The translations under genes were made by a program, and so were the position numbers. The notes beneath the pieces were generated by a model, which did not search any database, was not told where the DNA came from, and saw nothing but the letters and a program-made list of their open reading frames with translations. From Felis catus (Eukaryota), in the NCBI RefSeq assembly GCF_018350175.1, contig NC_058374.1, forward strand, positions 82,274,001 to 82,338,000: a DNA stretch of 64,000 bases. Reading direction: 5' to 3'. Positions 11,451-23,527 of this stretch are shown here, piece after piece (the first letter of the stretch is position 1; the number at the start of each line of letters is the position of its first letter).

Positions 11451-12717
11451 GGGGGGAAGAGAAGTACAGATAGAAAGGGACCGAAAAAGAGAAAGGAACG
11501 TATGAGATGAGAAGTGCGTGACGCAGTCTGGGAAGAGAGATGCAGACGGAGAGATGAAAGGGGAGGGTCCTGTGTGGTCCTTTGGTGCTCCTTTCTCTCC
11601 AAGGTCAAGTAGAGCGCCTCATTGCTTTTTGAATCACGCCGCTTCCCGCCCCATGCCATCCCACCCCCCACCCCCCCAGAAACGCCCAGCAATGACAACG
11701 GCTACGCTAGCCACGACGTCAGCATTCAGGGAGATTGAGGAAAAGATAGAGGAAAGAGGAGAGAGAGAAACTCAGCAGGTCTGGAGAGGAGAGCAAAAGA
11801 AGCTGGTAGAAAGAAAACAGAAAGAGAAAAGAGATGGAGAAAGAAGGGCAAGAGTTTGATTAATAAAGGCGGGGGGGGGGGGCGCTTGGCTGGCTCTGTC
11901 CATAGAGCATGAGACTCTTGATCTCCCAGTCTGAGTTGGAGCCCCACCTTGNNNNNNNNNNNNNNNNNNNNNNNNNNNNNNNNNNNNNNNNNNNNNNNNN
12001 NNNNNNNNNNNNNNNNNNNNNNNNNNNNNNNNNNNNNNNNNNNNNNNNNNNNNNNNNNNNNNNNNNNNNNNNNNNNNNNNNNNNNNNNNNNNNNNNNNNN
12101 NNNNNNNNNNNNNNNNNNNNNNNNNNNNNNNNAGGAATGGAATGGAGAAAAGAAAATTACAGAGGCTGATACAAGAAGAGGAAATTAAGCAGCAAAAAGG
12201 GAGTGGGGGGTCAAAGAAGGGCAAAGATGAAAAAGATTGGACCCAAGAGGGAGAGGGATGGAAAGGATGTCTTCATTGGAGAGGGCAGAGTTCCAGACTG
12301 GTCCAGGCAGGATCAGGGTGGGGCTTTGCAAGGATCTCCACAGGGAACTGCAAGCCTGTCCCTTTTCCTCTCCCTTTCCCCCAGGCTGAGACAGAAGCAA
12401 AGGGAGGGGGACATTTTCCAGCCCTCTGCTATTTATAACTCCAATCCAGAAACGGAGCCAGGAGGAGAGATAGGAAATAATTTGGGACAACTGGAACCTA
12501 GCTTGTTCCCACCTCCCTTCTCATTGGGTGTTGGTCTTTTGTATATCCACCTGTCCATCTTTCCCTTGTCTCTCTATCTTGTTTTGTCTCATCTCAAACT
12601 CTTTTTGTCCCTCTTCTTGTCTCTGTCACTTGGAACCCTTCTTCGACAATTTTTCAATATCTATATGTTGTCTCTGTCCCTCAAACTCTATCATATTCTT
12701 GAGATTTTCTCTTCTCA

Positions 12718-13165
12718 GGGGCACCTGGGTGGCTCAGTGGGTTAAGCGTTCAACTTAGGCTCAGGTCATGACCTCACAGTTTGTGGGTTCCAGCCCCTTC
12801 AACTCCCCTTCAGCCTCTGTGCTGACAGCTCAGAGCCTGGAGCCTGCTTTGGATTCTGTGTCTCCCTCTCTCTCTGCCCCTCCCCTGTTCCCTCTCTGTC
12901 TCTCAAAAGTGAATACACTTTTTAAAATATGTATTTAGGGGCGCCTGGGTGGCTCAGTCGGTTAAGCGTCCGACTTCAGCTCAGGTCACGATCTCGCGGT
13001 ATGTGAGTTCGAGCCCCGCGTCGGGCTCTGTACTGACTGCTCAGAGCCTGGAGCCTGTTTCAGATTCTGTGTCTCCCTCTCTCTCTGCCCCTCCCCTGTT
13101 CATGCTCTGTCTCTCTCTGTCCCAAAAATAAATAAACGTTGAAAAAAAAATTTTAAAAAAAATAA

Positions 13166-13196
<31 letters not shown>

Positions 13197-13325
13197 AATA
13201 TGTATTTAAAAAAAAGATTTTCTCTTTTCATGGAGCATCTGGCTGGCCCAGTCTGTAGAGCATTTGACTCTTGATCTCAGAGTTGTAAGTTCGAGCCCCA
13301 CGTTGGGTGGAGAAATTACTTAAAA
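12718..13325 (+). mobile_element. Nested cluster of three Can-SINEs
   Basis: SINE at 12718 whose tail is interrupted by a younger SINE (12938-13194; TSD AAAATATGTATTTA); older SINE at about 13230-13325. Confidence 0.85.
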
Positions 13326-14123
13326 ATGAAACCTTGGGGGGGAAAAGATTTTCTCTTCTTCCCTTTCTTAAAAGCCCCAATGCATCCTACCTAATTTTTC
13401 CCCATGCTCCCTTTGTCTCTCTTACTTCTTTGTCCAAGATTATACTTTTAAAAAACAAACAAAAAGGTAGGCTTTCACTCTGCTGGCCCTGAGACAGTCC
13501 TCGCTCTGGGTAAGTTACCATACATTTGAAGGTTTGGTCCTCTGTTTTTGCAACACTACACTTGTGGACATCCCTTCCAGGGGACTAGCACTATAAATAA
13601 GTACTATCAAGGAAATACATGTGCTGCCAGCAAGTTGGCACCAGGATCCTACTTTTATTATCCCCAAGATCTGCCCTCTCCATCCCTTTTCTATCTCAGA
13701 GCCCCAGACAGTAGAGCTGATATGTGACTGCAGAGTAGTAAAATCAGGATCGAACCCAGGACTCCTGACTCTGAGCCCAGATCTCCAACAGGAGTCAGAA
13801 TGCCTTTAGAGCCCCAGGTGCCTTCCTCTCTGCACCTGCAGCTTCTGCCTCCCTTCATCTCCACCCCACTGGCTCCTGCTAAATCCAAGGTTGAAATCGA
13901 ATGCCAAGAATCTGCTTCTGACCTCCTCTGCCCAAATATTTGAGAAGTCATCTCACCCGCCACAGGAGGAAGGAGCAGGAAAAAGAGAGAGAGAGAGGCT
14001 GCCCAAAATTAGCCTGGCTATAAATAGTGGGGCAAGGGAGGGCAGTTGAAAATGTAAGAGCCCTAAACCAGCCTAGTAAATTTAGACATGTAGATTTTCC
14101 CTAAACCTCCTTTAGAAGGACCA

Positions 14124-14340
14124 GGGGCGCCTGGGTGGCTCAGTCGGGGTTAAGCATCTGGCTTCAGCTCAGGTCATGATCTCCCTATCCGTGAGTTTGA
14201 ACCCCGCATGGGGCTCTGTGCTGACAGCTCAGATCCTGGAGCCTTCTTTGGATTCTGTGCCTCCCTCTCTCTCTGCCCCTCCCCCACTCACACTTTGTCA
14301 CCCTCTTGTCTGAAAAGTGAAGAAACCTTTAAAAAAATTG
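14124..14340 (+). mobile_element. Can-SINE
   Basis: GGGGCGCCTGGGTGGCTCAG head and CT-rich tail. Confidence 0.85.
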
Positions 14341-14499
14341 GTTTTAAAAAGAAAAGGAGTGAGACCAGATTGTTGGAGTGAGGCACAATATCATAGGTAA
14401 AGGGGGGGAATGAAGAAGCAAGAGGGATCTGAAAAATAAAGGAAGCTCAACGTGTAAATAAATAATCTGCCAGAGAACTTCTTGTATTTGAGTAAAGAG

Positions 14500-14879
14500 T
14501 TTGGAAATTCATGAAATTAAAACTATAAAGATGAAGAACAGGTTAGTGATTGCCAGGGGACAGGGATGGGAGGAGATAAATATAAAAAGATAGCACCTTA
14601 TACCTGAAACTAATATAACATGTATGTTAATTATACTTTAAAAATAAATAAATAGGGGCGCCTGGGTGGCTCAGTCGGTTTAAGTGTCCATCTTCAGCTC
14701 AGGTCATGATTTCACAGTTTGTGAGTTCGAGCCCCATATTGGGCTCTCTACTATCAGTGTAGAGCCCACTTCAGATCCTCTATCCCCTCTCACTCTCTGC
14801 CCCTACCCCACTCTCGTGCACTCTCTCTCTCTCAAAAATAAATAAACATTTATAAATAAGTAAATAAATACCAAATACA

Positions 14880-14938
<59 letters not shown>

Positions 14939-15265
14939 CATGGGAGGTTCCATTGTGGTGATGAAGAAATCTGTATCTTGATTTTGGTGGTAGTTACTCA
15001 GATCGATACATGGGATAAAATTGCACGGAACTACACACACATGTACACACTTACACACACATGAATACATGTGGGGCACTGATAAAAACTGAATAAAGCC
15101 TGTAAGCTAGTTAACGGTATACCTATGTCAGCTTCTTGGTTTTGATATTGTGCTACAGTTATATGAGATGTCACCACCGAGGAAAGCTGGGTGAAGGGTA
15201 CACAGGACTTCATGTACTATTTTTGCAACTTCCTCTGCGTCTATAACTATTTCAAAATAATTTTA
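14500..15265 (+). mobile_element. Old L1 3' fragment interrupted by a Can-SINE (14655-14897) and (AT)n
   Basis: L1M-type 3' UTR phrases (GTTAGTGATTGCCAGGGG; TGTACTATTTTTGCAACTTCC...TATTTCAAAATAA). Confidence 0.65.
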
Positions 15266-17160
15266 AAAATTGATAAATGTCCAAGCCCAGCAAAGCTTTC
15301 AGCCTTTATCTGAGTGGAAGCTGAGACTTTCCCCAGCCCCACCTCCATGTAGGATCCCTGTTTTTCAGCTTCCCCAGACTAGACATTTTCTAACCACTGC
15401 CTCTAGCCTACAAGCAAACACTTCTAGAACACACTGCAGGGTTAACTTCCCTCCACCTCATCTGGGAGCAGAGGCTTGGAGCATACATCCCAGGGTCAGC
15501 CTCTTCCTCCCCAACACACACAACATGAGGACTTTCTCACCCCACCCACATCTCTAGCACTGGATTCCTTCTGCCTGCCTCTGAATGCTGGCTGTAGACA
15601 AAGCTCAAACTATGCGAGTAGCTGGGAGAGAAAGAATATAAATTTGATTGAAAGGAGTCACGGGGGAAATGACTTGACTGCTTTAGGGATCCTAGGGAAA
15701 CCCATGCATCTTCTGGAGAAGGGCTGGGAGGTCACTTCCCACAGGGAGCCATTTAGGCTGTCTTGAGGGCCCTTTTCTTGGAGCACTGGCCTTGGGCCAA
15801 CATTTGGAACTTGGCCACACCACCAACGGCACCCCCCTTCTTGAAGCCCAGCCAGACTTCCCAGCATGAGAAGCCTTCTCCACGCACTCCATGTTCTCCT
15901 TCAGTCCTCACCCAACCCTTAACAATTCAGCAGCTTCCGGCCCTAATGTTTGGCCCCATCTTCAGTTTGAAGCTTGCTAATTAAAGCTAACTCAGAAAGA
16001 GATTTCAAAAGAACAAGGAAATGGGTGGGGGAAAGGAGCGTGGAGTTGCATCCATTCATTCATTAAGAGAAAATAATCTAGGTGGGAAAGTGTACAGAGA
16101 GGTGGGCAAAAAGAGATTTCACGTGTCAAGTCATTCTCCAGGGATGCACGAATCTTGTGCCCATCTCTACCAAAGGCAACTGGGGAGCTGAGCTTCAACT
16201 CAGCAGAAACTCAAGTTACACAGTGAGCAGCAAAAGCCTAGAAAAAGAGCATCTGGACGATGACCCAGAGAGATCAGCTGGGGTCCCCAAATACAGGTAC
16301 CTGTGTCCTCTGCCCAGCTCTAGGGCAAAGGAACAGCCAGTGTGGGGAGGAGGGCAGGGCTGATGTCTGCAGAATCCTGGCAGTCTCCATGCCGATTGTG
16401 AAAATGTCAGGCGGTTGTGCCAAGGGGGGTGAGGGTAATGCAGGATGGGCTGGCACTCTCCCTGAGTCAACTTAACATTCACAAACTCACCACTGAAACC
16501 CCCGACACCAACCCCCCCTCATTAGCCCCTGCCCTCTGTTTCACATCCCCAAGTAGCCATTTTCTGGTACCCCTTCCAACCCCTGCTCTTCTCTCCCAGG
16601 CCCCACAGCTCTGGGAGTGAGGCACCCAGCATCTTCCAATGTGCTTCTATTTTGCTTGCTCATTGCAGTTGGAAGCTGGAGCCAAGTGGGGGGTTGGGGG
16701 TAGGATTGGAATAGGCTGCCCGGTGATGCTCTCACTCTTCCCACTTCTATTGATCAGCCCCTTGCTAGAGCAGAACCTCTTCCCAAACACTCCTCCCCTT
16801 GCCAGGATTCTCTTCAACTGTGCCCACAAGCTAGAAGGTCATAGTGATGAGAGACAGAATCTCCCCTCCTGGGGTCTTTCCCATGGTTTATGCAGCATAG
16901 TACAGTGGTTACACTCGGCCTCCGGAGCCAGACAGCCCGGATTTGTATCCTAGCTCTACCACTTAGCTCTATTACTTATCTGCTCCGTATCTCAGAATCT
17001 TCATCTGAAAATTGAGGACAATACTTCACACGATAGTTCTAGGGATTAAATGAAGTAATACATGTAAGGCGTTTGACCCATGAGAAGTACTCAGGAAATG
17101 TTGGAGAAGTAAATGATAGGACACATACAAGCATAGACACAGACATACACATTCCAACAT

Positions 17161-17425
17161 TTAAAAAAATTTTTTTAATGTTTATTTACCTTTGAGAGAG
17201 AGATAGTGACAGAGCGTGAGTGGGGGAGAGGCCGAGACAGAGACAGAGACAGAGACAGACAGAGAGAGACAGAGAGAGACAGAGAGAGAACAGACAGAAT
17301 CTGAGGCAGGCTCCAGGCTCTGAGCTGTCAACACGGAGCCTGACACAGGACTCAAACTCACAAACCATGAGATCATGACCTGAGCCAAAGTCGAACACCT
17401 AACCGACTGAGTCACCCAGGCGCCC
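17161..17425 (-). mobile_element. Can-SINE
   Basis: Reverse-complement SINE head at 17425 and expanded GAGACA tract. Confidence 0.85.
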
Positions 17426-17640
17426 TCACAGTCTAACATTTTTATTCAGAGTTTTTATGTTGGGGGCATTTAATGTCCCTACCACTTAACTATTTCATTC
17501 ACTAACACTTTCAAGGTCGCACACCTCCCAGGACTTAATATGCTACTCTCCAAATAGCTGAATGACTCAATCAATCAGTGATCCTCAACTCTTTCTCAGA
17601 AAACCCAAGAAGAATGTTTTATTCTATATCAGCACCTATC

Positions 17641-18053
17641 GGGGTGCCTGGGTGGCTCAGTTGGTTGAGCTCAAGTCATGGTCTCATGGTCTGTGAGTTC
17701 CAGCCCCGTGTCGGGCTCTGCACTGACAGCTCAGAGCCTGGAGCCTGCTTCAGATTCTGTGTCTCCCTCTCTCTCTGCCCCTCCCCCGCTCATGCTCTGT
17801 CTCTCTCTGCCTCAAAAATAGACATTTAAAAAACTTAAAAAAAAATTTTTTTAATGTTTATTTATTTTTGAGACAGAGGGAGACAGAGCGCTACTGGGGG
17901 AGGGGCAGAGAGAGAGGGAGACACAGAATCTGAAGCAGGCTCCAGGCTCTGAGCTGTCAGTGCAGAGCCCGACACGGGGCTGGAACTCACAGACCATGAG
18001 ACCATGACTTGAGCTGAAGTCGGAAACTTCACCGACTGAGCACCCAGGCTCCC
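17641..18053. mobile_element. Tail-to-tail inverted pair of Can-SINEs (17641-17840 plus, 17845-18053 minus)
   Basis: Two SINE bodies in opposite orientation sharing a perfect 120-bp inverted repeat. Confidence 0.9.
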
Positions 18054-19010
18054 CTAAAAAATCTTTTTAATAAAAAAGTAAAAAATATTTGTACTTGGGG
18101 TCCACTCCTTACAGATCTAAGTTAATTTACCTAGGGCCAAGGCATTTTTGCAAACTTCCCCAGGTGGACCTAATGTTTAGCCAGGGTTGAGAGCTGCTGA
18201 TTTAATCCAATCCCCTTATTTTACTAAGGGGAAAATCAAAATCCAGAGTGCATAAGCAACTTGCCCAGAATCACCCAGCATGTTAGTGCATGGTGCGCCA
18301 AGAGAGATTATGGCAATAGCAAGAATATGTTGATAATGTTTACAGTTTTTTCTTCTTGGAGTTAATCCCGGAAGCATTTCTCTTTAATTCAGAGAGGTGT
18401 TATATGATTTACCTTTTACTGTGACAGCAGCACTTTTTCTTCTGGTCAGACTGAAAGGGTTCGCATTCCCTGACCACAAAAGGACAGAGATGGGATTATA
18501 CTTTCACCACACATGGTCAACCAAATTAGCAAAGCTCCCTAGGAGGCCGCTTGAAATGCCGAAAATGCTTCTTCTCTACAATGATCACCCAGAGCTGAAG
18601 AACCTTGGCAGAGGACTGAGAAGAGAAAGGGCTGGAAACGAGAGGAATGCTTTCCCTCCCAGAGGGAGAGTGCTGAGAATCAACTGAGAACCGGCCAGAG
18701 CTGCCAGAAGGGAAAGGCGAGGAAAGGAAAAGAATTTCAATGAGTCCAGGGAGCCTCTGCTCCCCCAATACGGAACAAGGATGGATATCCTGGCAGTACC
18801 AACCCTCCCGGGAGCCTTGAGATCCAAAGATGTCCAAAACGAGCTCTGTAATATGGGTACTGGAGAAAATTTCTTCCAACACTGACCAAAAAGGGAGCGC
18901 CCAATAAAGACAAAAGCTCGCTTACCCCCAACCCTCTACAAGTCCCTCCGTTCCCAGCCAAGATCTTCTGTGTCCTCTACCCTAGGTCTCAGAAGGGGGC
19001 GGTCCAGGGC

Positions 19011-19036
19011 TCACGTGATACTGCGGTCACGTGACC
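19011..19036. promoter_or_regulatory. BLOC1S1: Tandem CLEAR/E-box elements (TFEB/TFE3/MITF or USF) in the BLOC1S1 promoter
   Basis: TCACGTGA at 19011-19018 and perfect palindrome GGTCACGTGACC at 19025-19036; GC box at 18996-19002. Confidence 0.85.
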
Positions 19037-19121
19037 CGGGCCCCTCGGGAGCCGAGGCACCAGTTCCAGCTCCCGCAGTCGGAGAGGGCCGGGCGCGCCC
19101 AGCCCCCAGCGCGCCGCGATC

Positions 19122-19182
19122 ATGCTGTCTCGCCTGCTGAAAGAACACCAAGCCAAGCAGAACGAACGCAAGGAGCTGCAGG
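19122..19182 (+). CDS. BLOC1S1: BLOC-1 subunit 1 (GCN5L1/BLOS1) exon 1
   Basis: MLSRLLKEHQAKQNERKELQ(E); donor G|gtgagc. Confidence 0.95.
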
Positions 19183-19975
19183 GTGAGCAGAACGTCCCCG
19201 TCCGCCGTTTTCTCTCCCGCCGCGGCCTAGCCTCAGCCGGAGCCTGGACCTCGAGTAACGGCCCAGATCCAGGGAAGGGCGCGGGCTAGTGGGCATGGGC
19301 GTCGGGGAGGGGGTGGGGGCGCTTTTTTGGAAATTCGGTTCCCTTGCCAATGGGCTGTGGCCCCTCGGCAACACTGCGGCCTCCTCTGGGCCACGCCCCC
19401 CACGCTCTGTCTTCCCGCATCCTGGTCCCGCCCCTGCGCGTGGAACGCGGTGCCGATTGGCCCAGGGAGCCTCGCGTCCTGAAAGTGGCAAGGGACGCTC
19501 CTGAAGGCAGGGGGGTGCTAGGACCCGACTGAGCCGGGACTCTTAGAGGCCTGAAACCACCGAAATAGGGGTGGGGCCCTTGTTTCCTGAATCTGGCCTG
19601 GGAATCCGGGAGTTACCAACCCTCAAGCCAAGACTGTGGGAAAATAGTGCCCGAGGGTCTGGAGTCCTGGGCGCTGCCACTGACTCGTTAGCGTTCCAGG
19701 GTGAGTCGCTTCCCCTCCCAGGGTACCAGTTAACTCACCTCTAAAATGAAAAGGCCTAGAAAAAAAGTTTTCTAATAAATTTTTTTTTTTAAATAATGAA
19801 ATAAAATGAAAAGGCTTCCTTTATGTTTTGCAAGGTCCTTTTCAGCTCTGGCGCTGTGAGATTAGCTGAGATGTTCCCGCAACTAGCGGAATAGTAATTA
19901 ATGGGTGGTGAACCTTCAGCACCACGCTTCAAAAAACCAAGTCTCCACTCCAATCCCTTTTCCCCCCACCCCCAG

Positions 19976-20048
19976 AGAAGAGGAGGCGAGAGGCTATCAC
20001 TGCAGCGACCTGCCTGACAGAAGCTTTGGTGGATCACCTCAATGTGGG
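19976..20048 (+). CDS. BLOC1S1: BLOC1S1 exon 2
   Basis: KRRREAITAATCLTEALVDHLNV(G); cccag| ... |gtatga; 73 nt. Confidence 0.95.
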
Positions 20049-22129
20049 GTATGAACCTCTTCCCATCAACCACCAGCACCCCCCGCCCCCCAAATTTAGG
20101 CACTGGCAACGTCTAGCCCTCAGATTGCTGTTGAGGGGATGAGATGTTCCATTTCATTCCCTCCATTCCTGTCACCCAGCTTAACTTTATAGAGAAAGGC
20201 TTGAGTCAGCTCTGACCCCTAACGTTGCACAAGGAGGAGCAGCAGCAGTGGTTGAAGAGGCAGCCAGATTTCCCCCTCCCCCTAATAACTTCCCTGGTGC
20301 TCACAACTCGATGCCATCTGCCCACTTCCCTTCACTCCTCCAAGTCCAGCTGTCGCTTCAGCAGGAGGGAGAGCACCCTCCTTTACCACAACTTGCCACC
20401 CTCTCCTTCTCTACCTCCCACCCTCTGGCAGGCCTGGGGAGCAGCTGGCAGGAAAGAGGTGGCACAGCCAGTGAGGGTGAGGGCAGAACCTATGCCAGGA
20501 GCTGTAGCAGAGCCAGGCTGTCTCTTCCCTTCCTTCCCGGTCTCCAGAGACCACCCCCTGTGCCAGCCCTATATGAGAATGCCAGTAACAACCAAAAACT
20601 TGGGAAGGAGCAAAGAATATTGTCTCTTGACCCTGAGTGACCCAGAAGAGTGCTGCAAAACGATGATGCGATAGGCTATCTGTCGGAAGAAAAGGGGCAG
20701 TATGATGTCTCCCATGGCAGGGCAAGTAGAATAGCTTGGCTGTGAATCCAGAGACTGAGTCACCCAAGTGAGCCATGCAGGGACTGTCATCTTCATTACT
20801 CATCTCTGGGGAAGATTAAGGGACAAGAAGGCAGTGGTTGGGGCCTTTGATCTCTCCCCTCCAGACCTCTCCCTTCACTCAGTGTGAAAGTAGGAGGTCA
20901 ATAGGAAAAACTGGCATTTTAGGAACTCCCAGGGGAATCTCTTGAAGCATTGGGAGCCCGCTATTACTGTTTCAGCTCCTACACTACCCCCTACTATGGC
21001 CAAGCTGTCTCCCAAAGAAAAAGGACAGGGTCTTCCCCCTTTCCTTCCTCCCACATTGGCGCCTCTCGGGCTCTGCTGTGAGACTGGCCCAGGCTTCTCC
21101 CTATGCTCTTCCTTTGCTAGGGGCCACCCCTCTTTCAGCTTAGAGGACAGCTAAGCCAAAGCCAGATTAGAAAGGGTTTTGTGTTCTGCCCACGGGTCCT
21201 CTCATTCCCTGGAAAGGAAAACAAAGGCTCAGTCTATCTCAGCCCCTGTCAGGTGTCCTTCCCACTCTTTCCACCCACCCCAACCCGTTGCCCCCTCCAG
21301 CCCCCACAGATTCCAGTGGGGGGTGGATACCGGATGCGGAGTCTCCCAGCTGACCTAGAGCTTTGGGATGGTGAGTGAAAAGACTCCCTAGCCAGTAAGA
21401 GAGAACAGTTATTGTGAGATTGGGGGAAGGGGGAACAGGGCAGAGAGTTGGAGGTACCAACCTCATGGTATTAATGGTAAGTACAGCCAACCTTGGTTGA
21501 GGAGAAAAGAAAAACTACTGCCTAGAGCAGAAAGAAGGAAGGGAGAGAGAGAGATTATGTGTGTGTGTTCGTTCATCTGTGTGGGCGAAAAGAGAAGGGT
21601 TGGGAGAGAGACTTGAGAGCCAAGAGGCAGCCCCTGGGATATCTTCTCTTGACCCTGAGTTCCTGGGGAGGGGAGCCGCTCTCCCATCCCATCCCAGAGT
21701 CAGGGAGGGGCCCAATTTCCCTTCCCAACTTCTTGCACAGACCCATGGCTTCCAATCACTGCCAGATGTGTCCCTGCTGCTGGATTTTCCCAGCTTCTCT
21801 GCACCCCCTTTACCCTCTCAGCTTCTTCCTCAGGGAATCCTCCCTTCTCCCACCCAGCTTCAGGAATTCCTTTGGGGGGGGGTAGGAGATGGCAAGTTTC
21901 TAGTCAGCTCCCAGCTAGGCTTTCCTGGGAATCCTGGGAGTGGGAGGAAGAAGCTGGTCCATTTGCATGTACAGTAGTCATTTGCATCACATCCAAGAAT
22001 GGCCAAAATCATGAGGTTTTCCCCAGCCTGACTCCTGGCTGACCTCTGGCTCTTGCAGTGGAATATTAGTCCTAGAGACCACTCCCCACCAGCCGGGTGA
22101 GTTGATCTCGTCTCTCTTCCAACCTCTAG

Positions 22130-22262
22130 TGTGGCCCAGGCCTACATGAACCAGAGAAAGCTGGATCATGAGGTGAAGACCCTACAGGTCCAGGCTGCCC
22201 AGTTTGCCAAGCAAACAGGCCAGTGGATCGGGATGGTGGAGAACTTCAATCAGGCACTCAAG
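22130..22262 (+). CDS. BLOC1S1: BLOC1S1 exon 3
   Basis: VAQAYMNQRKLDHEVKTLQVQAAQFAKQTGQWIGMVENFNQALK; 133 nt. Confidence 0.96.
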
Positions 22263-22537
22263 GTGGGCCACACTCCCTACATCACTGGCCCCATCCTAGG
22301 CCCCCGTTAAATGCCTCCAGTCAGGTCACCTTAGGCCTCAGGTTAAAAAAGAAGTGGGGCTGGTCCCAGAAATGCCATGTATGGCCCCAGTGTCAGAAAA
22401 GCTAGAGAGATGAAAATAGCTGGTGGATCCAAGCAAAGCCCTTTCTAGGGGATGGACGGAAAGTGCCCCTGTCTGTCTCCTTAGAGCTACGTTCTACCCA
22501 CCCTGATTCCCCACCTCCCACCTCCTCCCCTTCCCAG

Positions 22538-22648
22538 GAAATCGGGGATGTGGAGAACTGGGCTCGGAGCATCGAGCTGGACATGCGAACTATTGCCACC
22601 GCACTGGAATACGTGTACAAAGGGCAGCTGCAGTCTGCCCCCTCCTAG
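22538..22648 (+). CDS. BLOC1S1: BLOC1S1 exon 4 (stop)
   Basis: EIGDVENWARSIELDMRTIATALEYVYKGQLQSAPS*; total CDS 378 nt = 125 aa. Confidence 0.96.
   Translation, partial: EIGDVENWARSIELDMRTIATALEYVYKGQLQSAPS
22622..22640 (+). promoter_or_regulatory. BLOC1S1: IRE1 RIDD cleavage stem-loop in BLOC1S1 mRNA
   Basis: GGGCAG-[CTGCAGT]-CTGCCC: 6-bp stem with a 7-nt loop containing CUGCAG; BLOC1S1 is the canonical RIDD substrate. Confidence 0.85.
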
Positions 22649-22710
22649 CCCCTCTTCCCTTTCCTCTGCCCCGCCCCTCCTATCTCCCCCAGGGGGGTGC
22701 AGGAGACAAG

Positions 22711-22716
22711 AATAAA
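22711..22716 (+). terminator. BLOC1S1: BLOC1S1 poly(A) signal
   Basis: AATAAA about 60 nt after the stop, followed by a TG/T-rich downstream element. Confidence 0.85.
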
Positions 22717-23389
22717 ACACAAGCCTCCATTTCTCTGTGGTATGTTTCAAAGAGCTACTAGGCCAGCATGGTGGGTAGGAGTGGAAGATTCAAAGACTGT
22801 CTCCCTAAGCTACAGGTACCCTTTGGCTAGAGGGTGGAACTAGCTTCCTCTTACTATCTCACCCCTCTTTTCCTCTTTGGGCCTGGTGCAGGTGTATGTT
22901 GGGTACCTAGAGGGTAGAAGTTTCCCGCACCTCCCCAGAGAAGGTCTGGGTGCCCTGCCCCAAGCTTCCTAACACAGGACTTCAGTTTCTTGCAGAGGAG
23001 AAATAGGACAGGGAGCAGGCCTGGTGCTGGCTCTGGCTCTCTGCCTCTCCACGTGCTTGTGGCCTCTCCCAGCCTGGTGCTAAGCGGTGTCATGAGTCCG
23101 GACCAGGTTGGAGATTAATTCTTGGTCATGGGGGCACTTCAGGGCTTGGAAGGAGGAGGAGTGTCAGGTCCAAGGTCACCAACAGAGAGGGGTAGCTGCC
23201 ATCCTTGACATAGCCCTCTTCCTGGGAGCCCATGACACAGGTGGTCAGGTACCCCCAGCTGGTAAAGCCAGCCAAGAAGGGGGCCGGGGCACACCTGGCC
23301 TGTGCCAAGCCTTGGCTTCAATTGCCAGGCTCCAGCTTCCCTGGCTCCTCCTCCCAGCCCCTCCCCTCACCCACATCCACTTAAAACCC

Positions 23390-23527
23390 TGACACCCAGT
23401 CCGCCCACTGCAGACATTGGCATTAGCTGTAGCTAGTGTGGAAACCTGGGAAGACTGGGAGCAAAGCCTCTCGAACAAAGGAAAAGAAGGATTTGGGGCA
23501 CCTACCTGCTAGCTTTCCCCAGAGGAG
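23390..23527 (+). other. RDH5: Probable non-coding first exon of RDH5
   Basis: Strong donor GAG|GTAAGC at 23527/23528, about 600 nt upstream of the ATG exon; start coordinate approximate. Confidence 0.55.

Noticed and set aside
10702-11698. Long ORFs (185-290 aa) on both strands at the ITGA7 promoter
   Set aside because: Low-complexity Pro/Arg/Gly frames typical of stop-poor CpG islands.
16274-16456. Possible alternative upstream coding first exon of ITGA7 (donor CAG|GTACCT at 16301/16300)
   Set aside because: The ATG at 16390 gives phase 0, matching neither exon 2 (phase 2) nor exon 3 (phase 1); not supportable without transcripts.
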